Origin: a virus
Length of the DNA stretch: 64,000 nucleotides
Virus record (IMG/VR): IMGVR_UViG_3300025727_000603
Location: 15,311 to 79,310 of that record
Strand: one strand, 5' to 3'
In this document: in pieces, positions 47,521-58,600 of the stretch
How positions within the stretch are numbered: the first letter of the stretch is position 1
Layout of the letters: every line of letters begins with the position of its first letter
Made by a program: the position numbers and the translations under genes
Notes under the pieces: model-generated
The model's database searches: none
The model's input: the letters and a program-made list of their open reading frames with translations, nothing else
What the model was told of the DNA's origin: nothing

Positions 47521-47874
47521 ATGGCAAATCCAAATATAGTCAATGTAACAAGTATCTACGGCAGAACAATATCAGCTGCATTAACAACTGCATCAAGTAC
47601 ATTATTAAGCCCCTCATCGGGTACTGTTAGAAAAATCAATAGTATTACTGTTGCAAATAAAGATGGTACAAATGATGCCGATGTTACTGTATATGCATTA
47701 ATCGATGGAAACGTTAGATACCTTGCATATGCAATAACAGTTCCTGCGAAATCAACATTAGTTGTTTCTTCTAAGGACACATCTTTCTATCTGGAAGAAG
47801 CAGATATACTTTCTGCAAATGGTAGTGCTTCAAACGATTTAGACATAATCGTTTCGTATGACGAAATTTCTTAA
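47521..47874 (+). CDS. Conserved small fibre-cassette beta-sandwich protein
   Basis: MANPNIVNVTSIYG...VANKDG...ITVPAKSTL..YLEE.D..SYDEIS; a family that typically follows genes ending KAIAMAIVFG. Confidence 0.75.
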   Translation: MANPNIVNVTSIYGRTISAALTTASSTLLSPSSGTVRKINSITVANKDGTNDADVTVYALIDGNVRYLAYAITVPAKSTLVVSSKDTSFYLEEADILSANGSASNDLDIIVSYDEIS

Positions 47875-47885
47875 TAGTTACATAT

Positions 47886-49238
47886 ATGGGTTACTTTTCA
47901 AAAAATAGTGGGTTAATAGGCACAGGTCAGAACAAACGTGTAGGCGTGCATGATATTATATCCAGTAAACTTAATAATAGTGGATCATTCTTTTCATCAG
48001 GTGAGAATTTAATATTTACAACATCCAGAATGGTTGGTCCTATTGGTCCATCCAAACAAATGACCGATGCCTTTTATGGAGACTATTACACAGCTGGTGT
48101 TATGGATCTATTTGATACGCAACCATACAACGGTATACAACGATTCAATGTACCTGCGTCGGGTGATTATAGGTTTTATATGATGGGTGCTTATGCTGGA
48201 GGTAATAGATATCAAGGGTACAGCAATAGCGATATATTTGACACAACTTTAGCTATATCTAATGAGCAGGCAATAACTAGCAGTACTAACTTAAATTATA
48301 CATTTGGATGTCCAGGTCTTCTAGTATGCGATATTACTCTAACAGAAGGCGATGTTCTCGACATACTAGTGGGGCAGTCTGGTAATCAATCCTTTTTTAG
48401 TAACAGGTTTTCTGTTGCTGGTTCTGGCGGTGGTGCTTCAGCAGTTTGGGTTGGTGGGCATGGATCGTCTACGTGGGCTATTGCTGGCGGTGGCGGATCT
48501 GATCGTGATGCCGGAACCGGCTATAACAATGGAAAGGGGAATGCGCCATATAGCACAACGGGCGGTTCTGGTGGTTCTGGTTTGGGTGGTACTAACGGCG
48601 CTGGTGGTGCTTCGAGTGATAATCATGGTGCTGCTGGTGCAGGTCTAACGGGAAATGGTTCTAGTCACAACGATAACCGAGGGAATTTTTACGCATTATC
48701 TCCGTATGCGCATGCATTAGGTGGTTCTGGTTGGGGTAGAGGTGCTGCTTCAGCGGCTCAATATTGTGATCCTTGGGATGGTACAGATTCGGGTGGTATA
48801 TATTGTTATATAGATCCTACGACATATAAAGTTACACAAACAGGTATTTTTAGAACTGGCCTGGACAATAGCGACGAGGCCACATTTACCAGTTATTATA
48901 ATGGTACAGCCAATACCATATCTGGTTATATTCCATCAAACGGTGCTCACGGTGGCTTTGGTGGAGGTGCTGCTGGTAACTGGGGTGGCGCTGGTGGCGC
49001 CGGTGGTTACTCTGGCGGTGGTGGTGGTGGTAATGGTACGGCTGGTGGTGGTGGTTCATCATACGTGAGTGGGTTCACTTATGTATCTCACACCGTATAT
49101 GATAAAAACACCTCATATAATTCAGTCCGTTGTCCGATTCAATTAGTGTCTGGAAGTATCTCATTGTCAAGTTCAAATGTGGACATACCAACTGGAGTAG
49201 TTAAAGGAGACGGATTTGTGGTTATGGAGAGGATATAA
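47886..49238 (+). CDS. Glycine-rich adhesin-like protein 2 (ALK/LTK-like Gly-rich domain)
   Basis: GPIGP..GIQRFNVPASGDY..GA..LDILVGQSG..GSGGGAS..IAGGGG..GGFGGG..GGYSGGGGG..GGGGSSY..GDGFV. Confidence 0.8.
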   Translation: MGYFSKNSGLIGTGQNKRVGVHDIISSKLNNSGSFFSSGENLIFTTSRMVGPIGPSKQMTDAFYGDYYTAGVMDLFDTQPYNGIQRFNVPASGDYRFYMMGAYAGGNRYQGYSNSDIFDTTLAISNEQAITSSTNLNYTFGCPGLLVCDITLTEGDVLDILVGQSGNQSFFSNRFSVAGSGGGASAVWVGGHGSSTWAIAGGGGSDRDAGTGYNNGKGNAPYSTTGGSGGSGLGGTNGAGGASSDNHGAAGAGLTGNGSSHNDNRGNFYALSPYAHALGGSGWGRGAASAAQYCDPWDGTDSGGIYCYIDPTTYKVTQTGIFRTGLDNSDEATFTSYYNGTANTISGYIPSNGAHGGFGGGAAGNWGGAGGAGGYSGGGGGGNGTAGGGGSSYVSGFTYVSHTVYDKNTSYNSVRCPIQLVSGSISLSSSNVDIPTGVVKGDGFVVMERI

Positions 49239-51556
49239 TGAGAAGAAACTCAGGAATTATAGGACCAAAAGTGAAAACAACTGAAACAGATGCTTCTGGG
49301 GTTCATGACACCTTTGATAATTATAATGCTATGAAAGATGGAAATTGGCCTTTAACGTTAAATGTTTCGAGTATATCAATATCATTCAATAACACTAGTA
49401 CCACGTCAGATTTCCTTTGGGGTGATACTATAACAATTACCGTAAATGGGACTGGATTTACCTCATCTCTATACTACACAATGGATGCACCTTCTGGGTC
49501 CAATAGCACAAGCTATTGGGCAGACAGCTTGATCACTGGTCAGCTATCGGGTACTACATCATCACAAGCTTTCTCTAAAAGATTAAAATTTCAACTATCT
49601 CCTGTATCATCATTTACCTTTGCCTTTCAATTTAGAATAGGATCCGCGACTGGTCCAATAGTCGGAACCTCTGCTCCTATCACTGTAGCAGAGTTAATAT
49701 ATGATGTTGCTATGCCGAATGGTACGGAAGGAAGTACTTATTACTATAAACCAAATTTTTCAGGACTGACAACAGCAGGCACAGCTTATTTTTATAGTAG
49801 TGGTAGTAGTTGGACATCATCAGAATGGTCTTCCACATCTACCAGATATTATTATGGATATCAAGCAAATGGTGCTACTTCTCAAAATCATGGTGTTTTG
49901 TCTAGGGATCTTACCACCGAAGGGACTAGTCATTATGCAGGATATCTGAAAGTTAGGTTTAATAACAATACGGATCAGGCGTATAATTATGTGAACTTTA
50001 CTAAAAATGGTTATTGGAACTATGCAGGCAATAACCAAACCATATATGTAAATGATACATCATTGGCCCCAACATTTAATATAAGTGATACGACCCCCAA
50101 CGAAGGCGATACGATTACTATTACAGTTCAGGCTGTAACACCATCCGGAACGCAATTTAATGTTGCTATGGTAAATACAACCGCTGAGGTGACTGATTAC
50201 GGGGCACTATCCGCGACTACAATTTATATGAATAGTTCAGCGGGTGGTGGACAATATTATGGTCAGTTTACTCATACAATAAATAGGGACTTTGTGACGG
50301 AAGGAAGTGAAAGTTTTTATTATCAAATAACTGCAGTTGAAGATGGAATACCTCACAATTCCCCAACAGTTACAATTCAAGATACTACAACATTATCAAA
50401 TATTACTGTTTCTCCTACTTCAGTAAATGAAGGGAGTTCTGTAACATTTACTGTTAATACTACTGGTGCCGTTTCTGGTCAGACGTACCCTTATCTTTAT
50501 CGAATGAAATCAGATACAGGATTTATGGGTGATCATGATTTTACTGACGGTACAACAACCGGATCCTTTACAATATCAGGTACTTCTAATAGTGGGTCAT
50601 TTACCAAAACCTTATCAGCTGATGGATATACTGAAGGTATAGAAGTAATAAAAGCTGAAGTTGCCCCGATTCAAAATGGACCATGGGTATCTTCCCCTAC
50701 AGTTTTAGTGGCAGATACTTCTAGCGGAGCTACAGAGCCTGTAGCTCAAATGTTTGATGATTTAATATCATTAGCCTCAACCTTAAACGGTGCAACAGTT
50801 CCCTCACCAAGCAATTTAGGATCAGTTCAGAGCTTAATAGAATCGGCAAATCCTGCATTTAACGTCTTTGCTGTTGTTGGGACTAATGATTATTCCGAAT
50901 CTCTTCCTGGTACTGGTGTCGCTGGTGGAAAGAGAACTCACACCGCAAAAGGATTTAATTATAACACTTCAGCATCTAATACACTTTCAACCGGAAATAT
51001 TATTGAACCGATGGTGGGAGGTTCTTCCTCGGGTTTGTCGGTAATTGACCAAAAGAAGTGGATGGCAATGGCTCAATTTGATGGTACAAGTTTTGATGGT
51101 ATATTATTATGGATATTTACAGGAGATCAGGTCAGTACTAGTGGAACGGTAACTTCGGGAACGAGAACGGTAACAAACGCGTCAACCATCTTTTATCCCA
51201 ATGGAGTTGGAAATAGTAATCTTCATCATATATATCCAATTGCAATTGCAGCTAATGGTTCATCATTTGCTAGTAATACGACCTCGGGTGCTAATGGTTG
51301 GAATTTCAGTAATAACCAGCAGGCTACCGCTCTGGGATATTATCAGACTGGTAGATTTGGTTCTGATGATGGTCAATGGGGGTTCAAGATACCCGGATAT
51401 AGTGACGGAAATAGTCCCGGACCTTCTATATTTGGTACATACGGATACGGAATGGGAAATTATGACTCTAATGATTCGAATACTAAAAATTATTGGAATG
51501 GAGTAACCACTAACAGTAACAATAATATGGGATTTGTATTTACTGGCGACGCCTAA
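49238..51556 (+). CDS. Putative adhesin/fibre with Calx-beta/Ig-like repeats (772 aa)
   Basis: Repeated (P/V)NEGxxxT.TV...D..TEG.E units; N-terminal NSGIIG..GVHD shared with the 47886 gene. Confidence 0.65.
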   Translation: MRRNSGIIGPKVKTTETDASGVHDTFDNYNAMKDGNWPLTLNVSSISISFNNTSTTSDFLWGDTITITVNGTGFTSSLYYTMDAPSGSNSTSYWADSLITGQLSGTTSSQAFSKRLKFQLSPVSSFTFAFQFRIGSATGPIVGTSAPITVAELIYDVAMPNGTEGSTYYYKPNFSGLTTAGTAYFYSSGSSWTSSEWSSTSTRYYYGYQANGATSQNHGVLSRDLTTEGTSHYAGYLKVRFNNNTDQAYNYVNFTKNGYWNYAGNNQTIYVNDTSLAPTFNISDTTPNEGDTITITVQAVTPSGTQFNVAMVNTTAEVTDYGALSATTIYMNSSAGGGQYYGQFTHTINRDFVTEGSESFYYQITAVEDGIPHNSPTVTIQDTTTLSNITVSPTSVNEGSSVTFTVNTTGAVSGQTYPYLYRMKSDTGFMGDHDFTDGTTTGSFTISGTSNSGSFTKTLSADGYTEGIEVIKAEVAPIQNGPWVSSPTVLVADTSSGATEPVAQMFDDLISLASTLNGATVPSPSNLGSVQSLIESANPAFNVFAVVGTNDYSESLPGTGVAGGKRTHTAKGFNYNTSASNTLSTGNIIEPMVGGSSSGLSVIDQKKWMAMAQFDGTSFDGILLWIFTGDQVSTSGTVTSGTRTVTNASTIFYPNGVGNSNLHHIYPIAIAANGSSFASNTTSGANGWNFSNNQQATALGYYQTGRFGSDDGQWGFKIPGYSDGNSPGPSIFGTYGYGMGNYDSNDSNTKNYWNGVTTNSNNNMGFVFTGDA

Positions 51557-51579
51557 TTACACAAAAATAGAGAAAAATT

Positions 51580-52077
51580 ATGACATTATATTCATATAAA
51601 ACACAATATCCAGACTCTAATATTCCAGAAAGAATCAGATTATCAGATGGGAATACCAGAACAGATTCTTCAACTTTTACACCAGAAGAATTAATTGATG
51701 CTGGTTATATAATAGTAGAAGATCCTCCAATATATGATGAGGAAACCCATAAACTTATTTGGAGTGGAACTGCATTCGAAAGAGTGGGACTAACCGACCT
51801 TGAGATTGCTGCTAAAACTGTTAGGAGATGGGCGGAAATTAGAGAAGTTCGAAATTCTAAAATTCGTGAGGTTGAGTGGAGGATTCTTAGAAATCAAAGT
51901 GAATCCCGACTTGGATTAGAGCCTACTGATGATATTCAATTAGTGGATACCTATATACAGGCACTTAGAGATCTTACAAAACAGTCCGATGATCCATTAG
52001 AGATTGTTTGGCCACATGAGAGTCATGCACATGATGAATCTACTGAATCTACTCATACACATGATGATGGTACCTAA
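51580..52077 (+). CDS. Tail fibre assembly chaperone-like protein
   Basis: WAEIREVRNSKI...YIQALRDLT...IVWP signature; N-terminal P.RIRLSDG.TRTD. Confidence 0.75.
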   Translation: MTLYSYKTQYPDSNIPERIRLSDGNTRTDSSTFTPEELIDAGYIIVEDPPIYDEETHKLIWSGTAFERVGLTDLEIAAKTVRRWAEIREVRNSKIREVEWRILRNQSESRLGLEPTDDIQLVDTYIQALRDLTKQSDDPLEIVWPHESHAHDESTESTHTHDDGT

Positions 52078-52409
52078 TGACCGGAATAGTTAGAGTAGAA
52101 CTTGATAAACATGCAGGACATGCGTCAAAGACACCTAATCCACACCATCAGTATGCTTATGCAACAGGATCTACTAATGTGCTTACTAATAACAAACATA
52201 CTGTAAGAATAGGTGATACAGTGAATAAGCCAGAAGATGCTGATGATGATTTGCCTTCATGTGGAGATCCGGCTGCTGCTGGTTCAAAAAATGTACACAT
52301 TAATAACATAGCTGTTCATCGTAAAGGTGATGCAACTAAAGGCCACGATTCATGGCCAGCAAACTCTGCAGAGACTGGGTCAGGGAATGTTTTTGCAAAT
52401 GGAGAATAA
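52077..52409 (+). CDS. PAAR-repeat spike tip protein (T4 gp5.4-like)
   Basis: GH...GSTNVLTN..VRIGD...CGDPAAAGSKNVHINNIAVHRKGDAT.GH...GSGNVFANG. Confidence 0.9.
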   Translation: MTGIVRVELDKHAGHASKTPNPHHQYAYATGSTNVLTNNKHTVRIGDTVNKPEDADDDLPSCGDPAAAGSKNVHINNIAVHRKGDATKGHDSWPANSAETGSGNVFANGE

Positions 52410-52596
52410 TATTGATTATATTCAAGTGGCTTCTGATTTAGCGGCCGCCAAAGAAAACGATCCGGATAATACAGAACTCCATGAGACATTAAGAAAGAAG
52501 TTATTTACCTTTAATAGAGCACTTTCTCCAGAGGAACAGGAGATATATAATTGTATAAATGACGGTTATGTGTCAGAGAAAGGATATGTTGGATAA
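52399..52596 (+). CDS. Hypothetical protein (65 aa)
   Basis: ATG 52399 is in frame with the listed ORF, has AGGGA upstream and overlaps the PAAR stop. Confidence 0.55.
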   Translation: MENNIDYIQVASDLAAAKENDPDNTELHETLRKKLFTFNRALSPEEQEIYNCINDGYVSEKGYVG

Positions 52597-52664
52597 TAAT
52601 ACCTATTGATATAAATCTAATAAATATAGTTATAATAGCTATTAATTTTTGGAAATAGGGTAAT

Positions 52665-55600
52665 ATGAGCAAATTAACATATAGATTAGATAAAGAATCT
52701 TCTTTAACATACCAGGAACTTGATGATAATTTTCGTTATTTTACAGAATCTCCGGGTGTTAATGCATTAACTATATCTACCCCGCTTGAAAATTCAGAAT
52801 TATACCCACTAGGTTCTCTAGTAGGGTTCTTAAACTATAACCCACAGCTTTCTAGAGTTGAGCCTAATACAGGTCACAGATTATTTGTAAAAGTTAAAGA
52901 GGATTTATGGGATCCTATTATTACAGATACTGTTAATACGGATACAGTAGTAGAACCTGGTAGAGGTTTAGTTTTAGATACGGAAGGTGTACTTTCATTA
53001 GATTCTAGAATCAATTTAATATGGAATAGACAAGTATCTGATGTTCATCGTTATAGGATAAAAGCAGATAAAGATGAGATATTTAATTTTACAATAAATG
53101 AAACAGTACAACAGCTTAACGATGATGGTACCTATACAAGAGGGATAATATCTTCTATACATTATATTAATTCTGATTCGGATATTATAGAACTTGAAGC
53201 AGATTTATATATACACTCAATATATAACTCAGAAACCCGTAAAGCGTCCGAGTTTATAACAGAAAAATACCCTTTTTATATTGACTCAGGTACATTAAAT
53301 ACTACATTTCAGGATACATCCGTCAATCTTCTAGAATCTTTATCTACTGGATCTGGGTCACGAGCAAGATTAGTATTCGACCACTCCTTAGCTATTGGTG
53401 CTTCTAAGAATATAGTAAAGGAATTAGACTCTGATGATTTAATTTCAACTGCATCTCAATTGAAATTTATGGTTGTTCCAGAGGCAACATATTCACATAA
53501 TCTCCAGTCTGGTTTATCATCTATATTTGAGACTAATTCTGAGAATATAGAATCCTTATACAATACACCACCGTCTGCTCTAGACCTTGAAGAAATTGCA
53601 CGTGATACTTCAGATATAACATATAACACATCAACTATTGCTTTTATAAGAGATGAAGTTTTTCTTATAGATGATGTTATACTTTTATCAGTTGCTCAAG
53701 AACTCCTAGCTCTTTCATCAGGAATTCCTACTAATAATACTGTATTATATAATATTTTAGTAACCCCAATATACATTTCTCATGAAGAAAAATCTAGATA
53801 TGTATGGGACTTCCAAGCTAAATATAGAAATTACAGTGATCCTATTCCTTCAATTTCCGAATTTGAACGTCTGTTTGAGCACGTTCTTGGTATTAAGAAA
53901 CTTACTGAAAGTCAATTATCTTGGTATTCTACCCACTTATTACCTATCATTAAAAGATCTTCTAACCCTACTCTGAAATACCTAACAACGTATGGTATTG
54001 ATGCTTCACGACTTCCTAATGATATATTAATAAAGTTTTCGGAGGAATACCCAGAGTTATCTAATTCAGAATACATAGGTTCTTCTGTTAGACTATACTC
54101 AGATAAAATACTTAAAGGATATAATGATATCTGGCCATTCTTTAATAAACCTAATATATTAATAGAATCGTCACAGATTAATCTTTCAGGAGAAGATATA
54201 TTTGTAGGTAACCCATTGGTAGTAAATCATGGGTTAAATTCTACAGAAAAAGAAAAGGTAAGGGAAAATGTATTTCCTCGTAATATATTCCTTACATCTA
54301 AGGCCTTAAAAATAGGTACCGATTATACTAAATTCGATGAAGATGGTAGGTCTGTTGTAAAGAATTCTGCAGATACTGCGCTGTACGGTAAGTATTTAGA
54401 TTCGCGTATTCCATTAGATGCTATGGCTACTGAAGAAGTAGTAATATCTACAGGAGAAACAGGGTCACTTTATATTGATTCCGCTACTACTTTTGATACT
54501 TCTAGGGGTATTAATATAACAGGGACTTATGTTAATGATGACAATAAAATTGCTAATACAGTTCTAGGTTCTGTAAGAGCAGATAGTCGAAAAACATGCT
54601 CCTCTAACATTATTGAAATGAGAGATGATGGTTATAATAAACCTGAACATACAGCTACTCATTCTGTATTAAATTGGTGGGCAGATAAAGCTTCATGGTT
54701 TTCAGTTCAAACAGGGGAAACACCACTTACACATAAATATCTCCATTTAAAAACAAATCTTTTTTCTGGTCTATATACTGACGCTGGTGGTGCAACTCTT
54801 AGTTACGATAACGGTTCAATATCGTATGGTATTCTTGACACACACAATATTGAATATAAAACTCTATCTTTTAAAGAAAATGATCTAGACTCAGAAGGTT
54901 TAAGAATACCTAATATGTCTTTTGAACCAGACTTTGATTATGCTCTTAAAGTATATGAAGAGAAGGGGTATGATGTATTCGATGTAATATTCCCTAAAAT
55001 GTATATACTGCTTCAAGCTATTTACCAGACAGTAATATCAGAAATGAATTGGGTAGTGGATGCTTCACCAACATCGAAAAGACCAATGTCGGTCTTTGCT
55101 CCATTTAATAATACAGGAAACAGCAACAGTTCATATATGAAACTTAACAGGGATGCAGGATATAACCATTACCCATCTCAGGATAATTGGTGGATCGGTC
55201 AAGATCCTGATGCTCTTTATTTTGACCGAGGACTATATCCAGATTTAGCGGATTGGCTCTTTGAGGATATTGAGGACACTACATTACCTAAAGACAAAAA
55301 TAATAATACATTAAAAATAGGTAATGTACTAAATGCAGGTATGTATGATCCTGCAGATACTATAGATCCTTATGACTATAAGTCTCTTGAAACAGGAGAT
55401 AGATCTGAGCAATGGCATCTTTGGACATATAGAGCTCTTTCTATGGTGCTTGAACCACCAGTTGAAATAACTGAATTTGAATTCCCATACACTTGGAATC
55501 AACAGTCCGGTTATACTTGTTCTGGTACTTATTTTCATAATAATTATATAAATCACACAGTTTCTACCTTAAATGAGCTTATAAAAATATGTGACCATCA

Positions 55601-58600
55601 GAGCTATAAAGATTTAGATAATTATACTCCTGGTATGACTCATGGGACATATTCATCCGCAATATTATATGGTGCTGACATACCTATTTGGTACTACAGC
55701 AGTAATTATTGGACTGGAATTCCAGATATTTTTCAAGTAAAGTCTTACTATATTTTTAATGCTTTTGGTTATTATTTTCATGCAAAATATTCCGGATCCG
55801 GGGCTGAAGACCTAGACGCGTATGGAGATCAAGATGCGACTGCAACCGTCAATGATAATGCAACCGGCTGGCCAAATAGAGGGTTTAGATTCCCGGTTGA
55901 TGACATTCCTATTACTGAACTAGATGTTGATATTGGCCATTGTGCCTTTGGTCCTAAGATTTGGTCGTTGCAACAGGATTACAATACACCGGATGACTGG
56001 ACCCTTAACACCAACACAGGTAGATCAGATAAAATAATACACTTTATTGGGGATGCAACAACTCGGCAAAGATATAATTCTTCTGTGAGAGTACCAAGTT
56101 CCCTTTGGAGAAGATATATCTGGCGATATGAAAGTTATAACCGTGGCTGGGACTGGTTAAAGGGAATGGAAGTTTATTCGCTAGGAGAACACTATACATG
56201 TATTAAAGATCATCGAGGTGATGAATACGGTCTTAAGTTCCCTAAAGATAACGAAGAGGCATGGAAGAAATCAACATTCAATAAGGATGTGTATGATTGG
56301 TTCCTAGAGCATCTGTATAAACCTAAAATTAAACCTCTTCAAGATCAGCTTAAATCATCAGAAATATCTATACCGGACCCAGATGGTAATTCAGAAGAAT
56401 TAATAGCTAAGGCTAAAGTAATAGAACTTTCAGGGGTTAAAGCCAAATCACCTGGTGATGAATACGGACATAAAAGTTCTCTTCAATTTGATAATTCGGT
56501 TCAATATCTTTGGAACATAGGCGTATCTAAACGTATTAGACATATATGCTTTCCTAATCAACAAACTGAGCGTGAAGAAACAGGTATTGCAAATTCATCG
56601 ATATCCTTTCTTGGGGGCTCTATGAGTAGGTCTTGGAATAAAGTGCCTACATACACACCTACTATTATTAAATCTGATGTAGACTTTTTTGGAAACGGGA
56701 ATTTCTATGGAGAAACTCTACTCTCAACTGAAGAATCATTAAATTTATTTGATCCTCTAAATGAAGCTACTAACTGGCCAAATAAATCTATATTAGTAGG
56801 TGAAACTCAAGTAAATCGCACAAAGGAGCGTATTCCTGGATCTGGAATAACTATGTTTTGGGATAATTACCCAGCATCCAACTCTGGAGAAATAGAAGCA
56901 TTAAAATTTGCAGAAGAATCTTATAATCCTTTATTTGTAGGTACAGACCCTTTAGTAATAAAAGAAAAGGATATAACATATTCTATATCGTTTATTAAAG
57001 ATTACCTTAACAATTTAAAATCCGGAACTAGAAAAATATTATTAGACGAAAATCAGGATCAAGCCTATATTGAAATTAATAAGCTACCTGCAAATAAATT
57101 ATTAGATTATATTGAAGAACACAATGTTTTGCCAGAACATATTAGCATTGATACGCATAGAGTCATTAAGGATATAAACCCGTTCTTTTATGATTGGTAT
57201 AGTCAACATAGAACCAAATCACAGCGTCAAAGACAAGAAGGTGAACTTCATAATCATAACTGGCCCAAAATTAAAGACGATGCATGGGAAGAAGTTTTAT
57301 TGGTTTCCTTAAACGGTGTTTCTGTAAGATGTCCTATTAAATCTGTTAGATGGGGTAAGTATTTATTTAATTCTGTAGAAATTAATACAGCAAATGCTAA
57401 TAATCTCGGAGGAACAGTTAAACCAGATTTTGAGGTTGGTCCTACATCAGAATATATTTACGAAAATCCAGATCATCCGGATCCTAATTTTAGAATCAGA
57501 TCAGCACGTTTTAATACGGCAGAAGGTAGATTATATGCAGTTTTAGATGCAATAAGTCAAAATCCTTCTACTAAACATGTCCTCAATACACACAATGTAA
57601 TTCTAGAGGAATCAGCCTCGCCTTCAATTTATTCTTCTGTAAGAATACCTACATTTAATGATTATACTAAAGCACTTAAAGAACTGTTTATAGTAAAAGA
57701 GAACGGTTCACATGCTTATAAGTACATTTTCGAGACTATTGGTATTAGTAACCAAAATGAACTGGCTACTGATACATTTGCTTTACCTTATGTATCAGGA
57801 TCTTGGTCACTTGACGTCTATAACACAAGTGTGACACCAAATGTTTTACTAGTGGAGGGTACTGACTATACAGTTTCCGATTTAGATCCTACAGCTGACC
57901 CAAGTGGTAATGCCTTTGGTCAGCCTTTAAGACCTTCAATAATATCCTCGTTTATTGATTTGTTTCCTGTAATTGTCGGGATGGTTCAAGGGAATATTGA
58001 TGTTTCTCCAGCTGTTAATAATAATACAATAACTGATGTTACAGACATAAAGGCCTATTCTTATAAGACTGATTGGAATGAAGTTAAAGAAACTTATGAG
58101 TCTAATGAAATTAATAGAATGGATTCATCTTATTCGTTTTCAACAATCTTAGTCCCAACGTATACTTCCCCAGAAAAGGACAAAACGTGGTCTGTAAAAT
58201 TTACAGACAAGTATCTAAATAACATACTTCCTACCTATTATGCTAAAGTTGTAAATGAGAATCAAGATGTGATTAAAACAGAATTTAAATTATCTTATTC
58301 TGTTACTAATAAAACAATTGAAGAAGGTGTAGAGAATCCATTCTTTTATCTTAATCATGATGTATTAATAGACTCCAACTATGATGATACTGAACTACAG
58401 AATTTAACAGATTCGTGGCGTACTAATATATTATCAATTAAAGATTATGCTTGGTCAACACTTCCAAATGTTGCCGCCGCGACTTATACTACATACACCC
58501 AGAATAACACAGGGACCAATGGACCCATATTATTTACCAATGATTATGAAAATTCTAGAGATTATATACTCCAGAAACTTAATTCAGAAGAAGAAAAAGC

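Noticed and set aside
38035-51556. Diversity-generating retroelement acting on Mtd-like fibres
   Set aside because: No reverse transcriptase is present, and I saw no template/variable repeat pair differing only at adenines; the shared blocks differ at all base types.
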